A program made the position numbers and the translations under genes. From positions 224,001-288,000 of the forward strand of contig CAVWIP010000012.1 in the NCBI GenBank assembly GCA_963755125.1: DNA of 64,000 nt. The letters run 5' to 3'. Below are positions 1-12,349 of the stretch, piece after piece. Within the stretch, counting starts at the first letter, position 1. Every line of letters begins with the position of its first letter. Source of the stretch: an uncultured delta proteobacterium (GTDB taxonomy: Bacteria > Myxococcota_A > Polyangia > Fen-1088). The notes beneath the pieces are model-generated. The model saw nothing but the letters and a program-made list of their open reading frames with translations. It was not told the DNA's origin and made no database searches.

Positions 1-884
1 TTGACCTGGTCGGCGCGGGGCTGCGCGCCGGATGCCGGCGCCGGCCCCAAGGGAAGCTTGGTGCCCTTGCCTGGCTGGGCGCCCGGGACAGGCGTAGCCG
101 GTGTCTCGCTGGATCGGTCGAAGGCGTTGACGGCGAGATAGGTCGCGCCCGCAACCCGCACGATGGCGCGGATCTCGCTGGCGTCGAAGTCGTGCAAGGC
201 CTCGGCACGGCCGTCGGGATGGATGCGGTAGAGAATCGCCTGGTCGGCTGTGCCCGCCAAGAGAACCCCGTTGCCGTCCAATGCCAGCGCCATCACGTGC
301 TTGTCGCCCGAGTCCCACAAGAGCCGTTGCTTGCCCTTGCCGTCGATGACAAAGACCTGACCCGGAATCCCGGTGGCGGCGTAGGTTCCGTAGCCCTTGG
401 CATCGGAGAGCAGCGACCACACATGTTCGGCTGGCAACTTGGCAAACGGGCGGGAGGCGCCGGTCCTGCTGTCGATGGAAAAAATGCGACCGCCAGGGGT
501 TGAGCCGGCCAGCAGACTCCCGTCGGATCGGGCCGAGAGCGCGGTCACCCAGGGCGCGTCGATCTCGGCCAACTTCTTCGCCTCGCCGACGCTGGCGGCG
601 ACCGGCACGGCGTAAATTCGCCCCTGGTCGCCAGTGCCAAAATAGGCGGTGCGGCCGTCGGGGGACAGCGCCACGCACCAGGCAAAAGCGGCATCAATCG
701 CCAGGCGCGTCGCCTTCATGCCCGGGACCACTTCCCCAGTGGGCAGCACCATGCTGGAAGTGGCCTCGCCCTCCTCGAAATCCTTGCTGGTGGTCTGGCG
801 GAAGAAGCGCGTGGTTGTGGCCAGGGCGCCAGTCGCGATCAGCAAGCCGGCAACTGCGAAGATATGGGGGAGGCGTGGTTTCAT
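1..884 (-). CDS. Secreted beta-propeller (WD40-like) protein, runs off the window start
   Basis: Not in the ORF track (no stop in window). Read manually from ATG at 884: MKPRLPHIFAVAGLLIATGALATTTRFFRQTTSKDFEEGE...AWCVALSPDGRTAYFGTGDQGRIY. Signal peptide followed by propeller-like repeats. Confidence 0.7.
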   Translation of the reverse strand, partial: MKPRLPHIFAVAGLLIATGALATTTRFFRQTTSKDFEEGEATSSMVLPTGEVVPGMKATRLAIDAAFAWCVALSPDGRTAYFGTGDQGRIYAVPVAASVGEAKKLAEIDAPWVTALSARSDGSLLAGSTPGGRIFSIDSRTGASRPFAKLPAEHVWSLLSDAKGYGTYAATGIPGQVFVIDGKGKQRLLWDSGDKHVMALALDGNGVLLAGTADQAILYRIHPDGRAEALHDFDASEIRAIVRVAGATYLAVNAFDRSSETPATPVPGAQPGKGTKLPLGPAPASGAQPRADQV

Positions 885-1000
885 CGGGGGACATAGTATT
901 ACCGCCTTGGGGAGGTTCGTGGCTGGTCAAAGCGCAATTCACCCCAAGCCCAGGAGTGTGGATTCTCGCCAAGGGGCGATCCCTGCGGCACAATCGGGAT

Positions 1001-1888
1001 GTGCTGCCGACTCCGTCTGTTTCGCCGACCAAGGCCATGTGGGCCGTGCTCGATGTCCTGCGCTGGACCACGGCCCATTTCGAGAAGCACGGGCTGGCTT
1101 CGGCACGCCTGGATGCCGAGTTGCTGGCGGCCCACGCATTCGCGATGTCGCGCATCGAGCTCTACGCGCACTTCGACCGACCGCTGGGTGCCTCAGAACT
1201 GGCCAGGTACCGCGATCTGGTTTCCCGGCGACTGGCAGACGAACCGGTGGCCTACTTGCTGGGCCACAAGGAGTTCTGGAGCCTGGATCTGCTGGTCGAC
1301 CCGCGCGTGCTGATCCCCCGGCCCGATAGCGAGACGCTGGTAGAGGAAGCACTCGACCGCGTCGCGGCCGGCGCGGGCCAGCACATCGCGGACGTGGGCA
1401 CCGGATCAGGCGCGCTGGCGCTGGCGCTGGCCAAAGAACGGCCCGAGGCGCAGATCTTTGCGACCGACGTCTCACCCGACGCGCTGGCTGTGGCGCGCGC
1501 CAACGCCGAGCGCCTGAATCTGGCCGTCACCTTCCTGGAGGGCGATCTCAATCAGCCCCTGGCACCAGCGGGCCGCTTTGATCTGATCGTGGCCAACCTG
1601 CCCTACATCCCGAGCGCTGACATCGACGGGCTTGCCGCCGACGTGCGCAGCGAGCCACGCCTGGCGCTCGACGGCGGGAGGGACGGCCTCGCGCTGGTAC
1701 GCAGGCTGGTCGCGGCTGCACCGGACCTGTTGCAGCCAGGGGGTTGTCTGGCCCTGGAGGTCGGCGCCGGCCAGTCTGGTGCCGTTGCAGAACTTTTGGG
1801 CGCGGCAGGGTTCGGCGGGATTCGTTCTCGTCGCGATCTGGCCGGAATCGAACGGGTTGTCTCCGGCGTGAAAGGAACCTCATCGTGA
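1001..1888 (+). CDS. prmC: Release factor glutamine methyltransferase PrmC/HemK
   Basis: ARLDAELL, EPVAYLLGHKEFWSL, VLIPRPDSE, DVGTGSG and ANLPY motifs. Start is GTG 1001 or ATG 1037. Confidence 0.95.
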   Translation: MLPTPSVSPTKAMWAVLDVLRWTTAHFEKHGLASARLDAELLAAHAFAMSRIELYAHFDRPLGASELARYRDLVSRRLADEPVAYLLGHKEFWSLDLLVDPRVLIPRPDSETLVEEALDRVAAGAGQHIADVGTGSGALALALAKERPEAQIFATDVSPDALAVARANAERLNLAVTFLEGDLNQPLAPAGRFDLIVANLPYIPSADIDGLAADVRSEPRLALDGGRDGLALVRRLVAAAPDLLQPGGCLALEVGAGQSGAVAELLGAAGFGGIRSRRDLAGIERVVSGVKGTSS

Positions 1889-2322
1889 ACATCCGACTTG
1901 CTCTGCTCGGGCTCGCGCTGGCCGGATGCCTATCCGCCACGCAAAGACGTGAGGAGGATCTCATTCAAAACGCCCGCATGGCCGCCGACGATCTGCGCTG
2001 GGCGCGCTGGGATCAACTGGGGTCGAGCATGCCGGCCGAAGAAAAGCGGCTGTTTCTGGAACGGGTGGATCTGGTGGGAAGCGATTTGGTGATGTGCGAC
2101 TACGAAGTGAAGAACATCCACTTCGACACCGGGTCGTCGGTGGCGACCGTGACCGTCGCCATCGAGTGGTACGGAAAGAGCGACCCCAGCCTACACAACG
2201 CCACGCTTGAGCAGCGCTGGGAGAACCGCAACGGGCGCTGGATGATAGTCAAACAGCGGCGCTCTCATGGCGATCGCTTCCCGCTCGTGACCGAGCCGGT
2301 CGCGAAGCCCGCTCCGATGTGA
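1885..2322 (+). CDS. Hypothetical lipoprotein (NTF2-like fold possible)
   Basis: GTG overlaps the prmC stop (GTGA). Lipobox LALAGC. Confidence 0.7.
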   Translation: MNIRLALLGLALAGCLSATQRREEDLIQNARMAADDLRWARWDQLGSSMPAEEKRLFLERVDLVGSDLVMCDYEVKNIHFDTGSSVATVTVAIEWYGKSDPSLHNATLEQRWENRNGRWMIVKQRRSHGDRFPLVTEPVAKPAPM

Positions 2323-2417
2323 GCGGGACCGGGCCGGGCGTGCCATCGGGCATGGCGGCAACCAGGGGCGCGGCCATCAGGGAAAACACCACACTTCGCT
2401 CGTAGCTGGGACATTCC

Positions 2418-2708
2418 TCAGTGAGCCCTGGAAATGCTGATTTGGGTAAAATCGATCGGAGGCGCGCTGAGTCGGACAGTGTCAGCCAACACGAGTTCGA
2501 AACGATGGCGGCAGTTGAGGTCGGCGCTTGTCGTGAATCTGACCTGAAGATCCTTTGCCTCGCGGAAGACGACCTGGGGCTCGGCGGGCGTCAGAACGAG
2601 TCCCGCCTGAACCGCAGAATCCACCAGACGCATGCGCTTTTCAGCAAGCCTGGGGACCTTTCCCGATTGGTTGTTGATCCACAGACTAACCTCGAACTCG
2701 CCATGGTC
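2418..2708 (-). pseudogene. 3' fragment of an unknown gene, apparently cut by the adjacent IS remnant
   Basis: Protein-like ORF 2418..2744 whose first codons lie in the putative IS end. Confidence 0.3.
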
Positions 2709-2848
2709 CTGGAGCACCGAACGGTTTGAAAGCTCAATAATCACGCGGCCCTCTGAAACGGGAGGGCTGCAACGATGCGGCGGTCGACGACCTCCAGGTT
2801 CTGCACGGTTGCCGCCCGCCTGACATCGAACAGGTTCTTGCGGGCGCC
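2709..2848 (-). mobile_element. IS remnant: C-terminal end of an IS1182-like transposase plus putative terminal sequence
   Basis: Minus frame reads GARKNLFDVRRAATVQNLEVVDRRIVAALPFQRAA* (stop 2741-2743), resembling from recall the transposase C-terminal motif G.RKNLFDLRRAA.IQNLE. It is followed by ...AACCGTTCGGTGCTCCAG. Confidence 0.55.
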
Positions 2849-2926
2849 TGCATCCCTACGCAAATTTCTGGCCGGCGGCACTAGGAAAACCCGCGGCTAG
2901 GCTTGTACAGAGCCCAGAGCCTCGGA

Positions 2927-3754
2927 TCAGCCTCGGCTTGGGTCATCTTTGGGATCGTCGCCGTTGCGGCGCTTGATGAAGTCGAGGAACAACTCGGCGC
3001 GCTTCACCTCGACGGTCGAGGCGTTGTCCGGCGTCACGCGCAGGAAGGTCTGCTTGGCAGTGGCGGGCTGACCCATTTCCAGCTGCGTCTCGCCCAGGGT
3101 GAGCAGCAGTTCGGCGTCGCGCCCCGAATCCGGGTAGCGGTGCAGCGCCTCTTTGATGCGCAGGATGGCGCCCTTGGGATGGCCGCGGCTAAGATAGAAA
3201 CGCGCGACGAAGACCTCGTGATCGATGAGGCGGCGCAGGACATCGCGTCGCTGTTCGCGCGCCTGCTTGACGTACTTTGATTTGGGGAAGCGGTCGATGA
3301 GGTTGTTGAGTTCGCGCAAGGCATCCAGCACCGCGGACTGGTCCTTCTCGTAGGACGGCGGGATGAGGAACCAATCATCGGGCATTTCCTTCACGTAGGC
3401 TTCAGCGATGCGGAACGAGACGTAGCCCTCGTCGACTTTCTCGTGCTTCGGGTGCAGGCGCAGGAAGCTCTTGTATCCGTCGATAGCTTCCTGGTAGCTG
3501 CCGCGCTCGAACTCGGTGTCGGCCGCGGCCAACTCGGCCAGGGCGGCGTACTTCGAGAAGGGGAACTTCTGCTTGACGTAGGTGAAGTAGCGCAACGCTT
3601 CGGTGTAGTTCTCCTCCCTCAGCTCAGCCAGGCCCTTTTCGTAGTTCTGCTTGGCCGTGAGGGAGAAGTTGATGGGCTTGCTGTCGTCGCTCGTGGCACA
3701 AGCCGGGAGCAGCAGGCAGGAAAGCAACAAGATCTTGCAGGAAATGCGAAGCAC
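2927..3754 (-). CDS. bamD: Outer membrane protein assembly factor BamD
   Basis: Lipobox LLPAC. TPR pattern with FPFSKYA, FLRLHPKH, FPKSKY, HEVFVARFY. Confidence 0.93.
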   Translation of the reverse strand: MLRISCKILLLSCLLLPACATSDDSKPINFSLTAKQNYEKGLAELREENYTEALRYFTYVKQKFPFSKYAALAELAAADTEFERGSYQEAIDGYKSFLRLHPKHEKVDEGYVSFRIAEAYVKEMPDDWFLIPPSYEKDQSAVLDALRELNNLIDRFPKSKYVKQAREQRRDVLRRLIDHEVFVARFYLSRGHPKGAILRIKEALHRYPDSGRDAELLLTLGETQLEMGQPATAKQTFLRVTPDNASTVEVKRAELFLDFIKRRNGDDPKDDPSRG

Positions 3755-3777
3755 GGGCGTAGTATCCTACGTTCACA

Positions 3778-4494
3778 ATGCAGCTGCGTCCATGGGCACT
3801 CACGATGGCTCCCCTGCTCGGCACGATGTGTGCGCACGGTTTGGGCGACAGTGCTGTCGAGACAGCGCAGCAAGTCGACTACGCGGCACCGGCGCAAGCC
3901 TCTGCGCTCGCCGGGGCACGCTGCCAGGGGGGGCAATGTCGTTGCCGCAGGCCTGGCGACAACGCGGAAACCGTTCCCCCGACCCCGAATTACAAACGTT
4001 TCGAGATCCGCATGTCGGTCGTGACAGGGGAGATTGTGCTCACCTCCCCGGCGATCGGGCGCCTGCACCACGACGGCAAGCAAGAGGAATGCTTCTACGT
4101 CGACCTGCCGGCGGACAGCCGCCACGAGTTCGTCATCGAGAGCCGCGAGGCGCACAAGGGTATGGGCATGATGCCTTCCGTGCGCATCGCCGAGTACGGT
4201 CCCAGCGGTCCCTGGTGGTACGACGTCCTGGCCATCGGGTGCGGTGCGGGCGAACACCCTTGCGATCGCCCGGCTGCCCGGGACTGGGAGCAGAGCTGGT
4301 TCGTCCAGCGCAAGCGCGGCCGTCTCGACGCCTGCGGGTCGACCGTGGTGTCGGCGCTCAAGTGGGATACCTCGGGTGGCCAGGCCATGTTGGACGGCGG
4401 ACTTCTACGCGACTTCCGTGTCGAGTTCGTGCTGGCGGTCAAGGCCTTCGCCACGCAGCTGCCGCCTCGGGATCCCCGCTGCGTGCCTCAGTAA
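3778..4494 (+). CDS. Cys-rich exported hypothetical protein
   Basis: 238-aa ORF with hydrophobic N-terminus and multiple Cys (CQGGQCRC). Confidence 0.65.
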   Translation: MQLRPWALTMAPLLGTMCAHGLGDSAVETAQQVDYAAPAQASALAGARCQGGQCRCRRPGDNAETVPPTPNYKRFEIRMSVVTGEIVLTSPAIGRLHHDGKQEECFYVDLPADSRHEFVIESREAHKGMGMMPSVRIAEYGPSGPWWYDVLAIGCGAGEHPCDRPAARDWEQSWFVQRKRGRLDACGSTVVSALKWDTSGGQAMLDGGLLRDFRVEFVLAVKAFATQLPPRDPRCVPQ

Positions 4495-4592
4495 AGTCGA
4501 CAGTTGACAGGGGACGGCCGAGGGTGGAGATAGAGGCCCAGTCCTGCATGCCCCATTGTCCCAGTCTTGGCCCTGTCGCCGGTTGACGCCCG

Positions 4593-6428
4593 ATGAAATT
4601 GCACCTGATTGGTATCGCCGGAACGGGTATGGGTTCTCTGGCCGGGCTGCTGCGCGCCGCTGGCCACGACGTGCGCGGGTCCGACGAGCATGTGTATCCG
4701 CCCATGTCGACCCAGTTGGCCGAGCAGAACATCCCAGTGATGGAAGGTTTCCGGCCCGCGAACCTCGACTGGGCCCCTGAACGCGTGGTGGTGGGCAACG
4801 TGTGCCGACGCGACCATGTGGAGGTGCTGGCCGCCACCGAGCGCCACATCCCGCTGGTTTCGTTTCCCGCACTCTTGTCCGAGCTGTTCCTCACCTCGCG
4901 TCGCTCCGTCGTAGTGGCGGGAACCCATGGCAAGACCACCACGTCCTCGCTGATGTCCTTCGTTCTCGCCCAGGCCGGCCGCGATCCCTCGTTTCTCATC
5001 GGCGGCGTGCCGGTGAACTTCCGCCAATCCTGGCGCCTCGGTACGGGGCCGGAGTTCGTGGTCGAGGGCGACGAATACGACACCGCGTTTTTCGACAAGA
5101 AGTCGAAGTTTCTGCACTACCAACCGCAAGTCGTGATTCTGACTTCGGTGGAATTCGACCACGCCGACATTTTCGCCGACGAGGCCGCAGTCAAGGACGC
5201 CTTCCGCGAATTCATCGCTCTCATCCCGCCCGAGGGACATCTGGTGGTGTGCGCCGCCTCGCCGGGCGCGAGGGAGGTGGCACGCGCGGCGCGCTGTTCG
5301 GTCACCAGCTACGGTCGCCCGGGCTCCGACGCTGACTGGACCTTCGAAGTCACCGGCAGGAAGTTGGGAGGACGGACGATCCTGCGGCTCGCACGCGCGG
5401 GCAAGGTGATGGGAACCCTTGACGTGGGTGTGGCCGGCATCTTCAATCTCGAGAATCTGACTGGCGTCATCGCGGCCGCCCAGGTCTTGGGCGTCGAACA
5501 GCCGGCCATCGCGCAGGCCATTCGGCACTTTCTCGGGGTCAGACGGCGCCAGGAGATCGTCGGCGCGGCGGCCGGGGTCACGGTGGTGGATGACTTCGCC
5601 CATCACCCGACTGCCATTCGCGAGACCCTGGGCGCGCTCAAAGGCCGTTACGGCCCCGGCAAGCTGATCGTGGCCTTTGAACCGCGCTCGGCCACCAGCC
5701 GGCGCTCGGTCTTCCAGCACGACTTTGTCGACGCCTTGGCGGTGGCCGACGAGGTCGTGCTGGCGCCGCTCTACGCGCCCGAGAAGGTGCCAGCCGAACA
5801 GAGGCTGGACGTGGAGCGCCTGGCTGCCGATCTGCGCAGCCGCGAGGTACCGGCCCGACTGGTGTCCGGTGTGCCCGCTACCGTCGAGCATTTGGCCGGT
5901 CGCGCGGCGCCCGGTGACACGGTCGTCATCATGAGCTCGGGCGACTACGGGGGACTGCACGACAAGCTCCTGCATCGGCTGGGTGATCCCGTGCGCAGCG
6001 CGCGACCCGAGGACCGGGAAGCGATCGGCCACCTGCTCAACCGAGTCGGAATCACCCACGCCGATTTGGACCGCACCTGGCCGAGCTTCTTGGTCATCCC
6101 CGCTGCTGGCGAGGCAATCGACCGCATCACCGCGTGTGTGGCCGTCGAACCCGCCGGAGACGACGCCTTGTTGCGGCTTCTCGCTGTTGCACCGGAACGA
6201 CGGGGGGAAGGACTCGCCTATCTCTTGATGGAAAATGCCATGCGCAAGGCGCGCGCCGATGGGGCGTTGCACTTGTATCTTGTCACCGACGGGGCGCAGG
6301 GCCTGGTTGGCGAGAAGCTCGGGTTCGATGTCATCGATCGCAAGGACGTGACGTCGGCCATCGCCGCCGGCAACGAGTACCAGATGGCTCGATCCAAGAC
6401 CGCGATCTGGATGCGCAAAGAACTTTGA
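4593..6428 (+). CDS. mpl: Murein tripeptide ligase Mpl fused to a C-terminal GNAT acetyltransferase
   Basis: HLIGIAGTGMGSLA, YPPMSTQL, AGTHGKTTT, EGDEYDTAFFDKKSKF, DDFAHHPTAI, FEPRS. An extra ~145 aa carries GNAT motif A (LAVAPERRGEGLA). Confidence 0.92.
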   Translation: MKLHLIGIAGTGMGSLAGLLRAAGHDVRGSDEHVYPPMSTQLAEQNIPVMEGFRPANLDWAPERVVVGNVCRRDHVEVLAATERHIPLVSFPALLSELFLTSRRSVVVAGTHGKTTTSSLMSFVLAQAGRDPSFLIGGVPVNFRQSWRLGTGPEFVVEGDEYDTAFFDKKSKFLHYQPQVVILTSVEFDHADIFADEAAVKDAFREFIALIPPEGHLVVCAASPGAREVARAARCSVTSYGRPGSDADWTFEVTGRKLGGRTILRLARAGKVMGTLDVGVAGIFNLENLTGVIAAAQVLGVEQPAIAQAIRHFLGVRRRQEIVGAAAGVTVVDDFAHHPTAIRETLGALKGRYGPGKLIVAFEPRSATSRRSVFQHDFVDALAVADEVVLAPLYAPEKVPAEQRLDVERLAADLRSREVPARLVSGVPATVEHLAGRAAPGDTVVIMSSGDYGGLHDKLLHRLGDPVRSARPEDREAIGHLLNRVGITHADLDRTWPSFLVIPAAGEAIDRITACVAVEPAGDDALLRLLAVAPERRGEGLAYLLMENAMRKARADGALHLYLVTDGAQGLVGEKLGFDVIDRKDVTSAIAAGNEYQMARSKTAIWMRKEL

Positions 6429-6429
6429 C

Positions 6430-6564
6430 ATGAGAACCCTGGGAGGGTTCGCTTCGCCCTTCGGCCCCCTACCCGCCTCCTCCTCCCCGCTCGCTTCGCT
6501 CGGCCTCGCCAAACCCTCCCGCGATGGTCCGCGGCGAGCAAAGCTCGCCGGCTCCCCACGCGAC
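6430..6564. repeat. REP-like repeat copy with a nested 58-bp insertion, between convergent mpl and tyrS
   Basis: ATGAGAACCCTGGGAGGGTTC[insert]CCAAACCCTCCCGCGATGGTCCGCGGCGAGCAAAGCTCGCCGGCTCCCCACGCGAC aligns with copies at 8362-8447 and 11905-11976. Confidence 0.85.
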
Positions 6565-6570
6565 CGGTCG

Positions 6571-7812
6571 CTAGTCGCCGACCACGATGCGGCGCAGGTG
6601 CTTCTTGCCCGCATGAAGAAGCGTGCCTTCAGCCGCGATCTCCTCAAGCCGGATCACATCGTCAATGGACGTCACCTTGCGCTTGCCCAGCCTGACCCCG
6701 CCTTGCTCAACCAATCGGCGGGCGACGCTCTTTGAGGTGGCCATGCCCACGGCGTGCAAGAGGTCGACGATCTTGAGCCCGGCCATCACCAAGGCGGGGG
6801 CGAGGGAGTAGGTGGGTACGAGGTCGCCGGTCTCGCCGCCGCCGAAGGCTGCCCGCGCGGCCAGTTGGGCTCTTTCGGCCGCGTCTCTGCCGTGTACGGA
6901 CTCCGTGACCGCGTAGGCCAGCGCCTGCTTGGCAGCGCGCAGTTCCGCGCCCTCCAGCGCCGCGAAACGCTGGATCTCGTCGAGAGGGATGAACGTCAGC
7001 AGCTTGAGGAAGCGCACCACGTCGCGATCATCGACATTCACGAAGTACTGGTAGAAGTCGAAAGGGCTGGTCCGCACTGCCGAAAGCCACACCGCTCCGG
7101 CTGCAGTCTTGCCCATCTTCGCGCCTGACGCCGTCGTGATGAGGGGAAAGGTCAGAGCGTAGGTTTCCGCCTGGTGAAGGCGGCGGACGAGATCGGTTCC
7201 CGCCAGGATGTTTCCCCACTGGTCGTCGCCGCCGACCTGCAGCACGCATCCGTAGCGGCGGTAGAGCACCAAGAAGTCGTAGGCTTGCAGAAGCTGGTAG
7301 TTGAACTCGATAAAGGAGAGCCCCTTTTCCAGGCGCAAGCGATAGGCCTCGGCGGTCAGCATGCGATTCACGCTGAAGTGCCGCCCAATATCGCGCAAGA
7401 AATCCAGGTAGTTGAGTGGCGCCAGCCATTCGGCGTTGTCCAGTACCAGGGCGTGCTCTCCGGCGGCGCCCAAGAAACGGCGCACCTGCGGCTCGATCTG
7501 GTCGCGGTTGTTCTTGATGGTCTCGACCGTGAGCATCTGTCGAAGCTCGGTCCTGCCGCTGGGATCCCCCACCATGGCGGTTCCGCCCCCAAGCAGTGCG
7601 ATCGGGTGGTGCCCGGCGCGTGCCAGGTGGGCGAGCGCCATGAGCGGGATCATGCTGCCCACGTGCAGGCTGGAAGCCGTGGGATCGAATCCGCAGTAGT
7701 AGGACACAGGTCCCTTGCGCAGCAGGTCTGCCAGCCCCGATTCGTCCTTCACTTGTTGAACGAAGCCGCGCTCGCGCAGGGTGTGAAGAACGTCAGACAT
7801 GGGCACCGACAT
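6571..7812 (-). CDS. tyrS: Tyrosine--tRNA ligase
   Basis: YCGFDPTASSLHVG (HIGH-like), QVGGDDQWGNI, KMGKT and a C-terminal S4 domain. Confidence 0.97.
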   Translation of the reverse strand: MSVPMSDVLHTLRERGFVQQVKDESGLADLLRKGPVSYYCGFDPTASSLHVGSMIPLMALAHLARAGHHPIALLGGGTAMVGDPSGRTELRQMLTVETIKNNRDQIEPQVRRFLGAAGEHALVLDNAEWLAPLNYLDFLRDIGRHFSVNRMLTAEAYRLRLEKGLSFIEFNYQLLQAYDFLVLYRRYGCVLQVGGDDQWGNILAGTDLVRRLHQAETYALTFPLITTASGAKMGKTAAGAVWLSAVRTSPFDFYQYFVNVDDRDVVRFLKLLTFIPLDEIQRFAALEGAELRAAKQALAYAVTESVHGRDAAERAQLAARAAFGGGETGDLVPTYSLAPALVMAGLKIVDLLHAVGMATSKSVARRLVEQGGVRLGKRKVTSIDDVIRLEEIAAEGTLLHAGKKHLRRIVVGD

Positions 7813-7870
7813 GGCGGCCTAGTATAGTAGTAACCGGCGTTTTGTACTCTTCCGGTTATCCGGTACTCTG

Positions 7871-8320
7871 GTGCGCATGCCGGCCCCGCGTGCAGCGAAG
7901 CCTGACTGCCCCTGCGCAGAACGCCCAGCCTGGTTTCGCCCCGAAGATGACAGTGTCATGCGCTGGCCTGTGCTTGAGGCCGCCGAGTGGGAGGAACTGC
8001 GCCAGTGTCCCGGGTGCGGCGCGCCATGGGTCGCCGTGTGGCCCGAGGAAATCGAGGCGCCTCCGATCCTGTGCCGGCCCCATCCTCCCGATGCGCGCAG
8101 GCTCAAGGATCTCGACCGCGCGGCCACCATGCGTGCCTACTGCCTAGCCCGGCTGGCGGAGCACTTGGGCGAGTTGAAAGAAGGCAAGCAGCCGTGCCGC
8201 AAGGTCCACTGCGAGCGGCGCCGCTTGCACGGGACGAACTACTGCCTGGAGCATCTCATCGCCCAGCACTTTGGGCGCGAACTGGCTCGCCTGGGAAGTG
8301 GGGCCAACAAGCAGGGGTAG
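7871..8320 (+). CDS. Hypothetical Cys/His-rich (Zn-binding) protein
   Basis: CPC, CPGC and C-x4-C-x10-C-x2-H motifs. Confidence 0.6.
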   Translation: MRMPAPRAAKPDCPCAERPAWFRPEDDSVMRWPVLEAAEWEELRQCPGCGAPWVAVWPEEIEAPPILCRPHPPDARRLKDLDRAATMRAYCLARLAEHLGELKEGKQPCRKVHCERRRLHGTNYCLEHLIAQHFGRELARLGSGANKQG

Positions 8321-8330
8321 CTCCCCCCCC

Positions 8331-8357
8331 AAAAGAAGGCACGAAGGGGATGCCTTC
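8331..8357 (-). terminator. Intrinsic terminator of the rRNA operon
   Basis: Minus strand GAAGGCA-loop-TGCCTTC followed by TTTT, downstream of 5S. Confidence 0.7.
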
Positions 8358-8361
8358 CTGC

Positions 8362-8447
8362 CATAGTCGCATGGGGAGCCGGCCGGCTGTGCCGGCCGCG
8401 CACCATCGAGGGAGGGGATATGGGAACCCTCTGAGGGTTCCCATATC
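8362..8447. repeat. REP-like repeat copy (inverted orientation) just downstream of 5S rRNA
   Basis: Reverse complement: GATATGGGAACCCTCAGAGGGTTCCCATATCCCCTCCCTCGATGGTGCGCGGCCGGCACAGCCGGCCGGCTCCCCATGCGAC. Confidence 0.85.
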
Positions 8448-8458
8448 AGAGAAAATAA

Positions 8459-8577
8459 TCCCGGCGGCGACCTACTCTCCCACAGAGTTTCCCCTGCAGT
8501 ACCATCGGCCCTGGAGGGCTTAACTTCCGAGTTCGAGATGGGATCGGGTGTGGCCCCTCCGGAATTACCGCCGGAAA
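8459..8577 (-). rRNA. rrf: 5S rRNA
   Basis: Reverse complement has the conserved CCCGATCCCATCTCGAACTCGGAAGTTAAG...GATGGTACTG...GGGAGAGTAGGTCG. Ends approximate. Confidence 0.97.
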
Positions 8578-8712
8578 TCTTTTGGTGTCTTGAGCTACGA
8601 GCTCGTTTATCGAATCCGAGTCGTGCTCGTTCACCGAGCTTCGACCTCGATTCTCGTAAGCGGCTGTCCGCGCTGTCTCTGCCCGCGTGGGGCCAGAGAC
8701 AGTGAAAATAAT

Positions 8713-11890
<3,178 letters not shown>

Positions 11891-11904
11891 CCAATCTATT
11901 AAGT

Positions 11905-11992
11905 GTGGAACCCTGAGAGGGTTCCACTCCTCCCGCGATGAACTCCGCCCGGCAAAGCCGGGCTGCGCTCACGCGATATGGAACCCTGAGAG
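11905..11992. repeat. REP-like repeat copy plus the start of a tandem second copy in the 16S-23S spacer
   Basis: GTGGAACCCTGAGAGGGTTCCACTCCTCCCGCGATG...GCCCGGCAAAGCCGGGC...CTCACGCGA, then ATGGAACCCTGAGAG. Confidence 0.85.
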
Positions 11993-12070
11993 ACTAGCTC
12001 CGCGGATCCCATGAAAAGGTTGGATGGCTCTTGCCACCAGAATTATCGCGACACGCCGCTTACAATTGCA

Positions 12071-12144
12071 CGTGAAACCCTTGAAGGGCCTCACGCCTCC
12101 CGCTAACGAACGCAGCCGGGCAATGCCCTTCTACGCTCGCGCGC
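12071..12144. repeat. Degenerate REP-like copy in the ITS
   Basis: GTGAAACCCTTGAAGGGCCTCACGCCTCCCGC...GGGCAATGCCC...CTCGCGCG has the same two-hairpin layout. Confidence 0.55.
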
Positions 12145-12147
12145 GGT

Positions 12148-12258
12148 ATCGAGATCGAAGCTCGTCGAGTGAGCTCCAACCGTTCGGATTTCCTTCGACG
12201 CTCGTTTTGCTCAAGACACGCTTTCGCGTCGTCGTCATCTATTCACTTTTCAAAGAAC
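12148..12258 (-). promoter_or_regulatory. 23S processing-stem arm (pairs with 8585-8651) and spacer boxA
   Basis: GCTCAAGACAC (12209-12219) is the reverse complement of GTGTCTTGAGC (8585-8595). ATCGAGATCGAAGCTCG approximately pairs with CGAGCTTCGACCTCGAT. Minus-strand GTTCTTTGAAAA is boxA-like. Confidence 0.65.
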
Positions 12259-12349
12259 CTCGGGGTCTCCTTCAACCACCGACGAAAGCCTGCAAGGCCA
12301 GAATTGAGAGCTTTCGTCGGAACGCGAAGGTTTGATTCTGTTTTTGCGG

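Noticed and set aside
3819..3833. sigma54-like GG-N10-GC motif (GGCACGATGTGTGC)
   Set aside because: It lies inside the probable signal-peptide coding region and is likely to occur by chance at this GC content.
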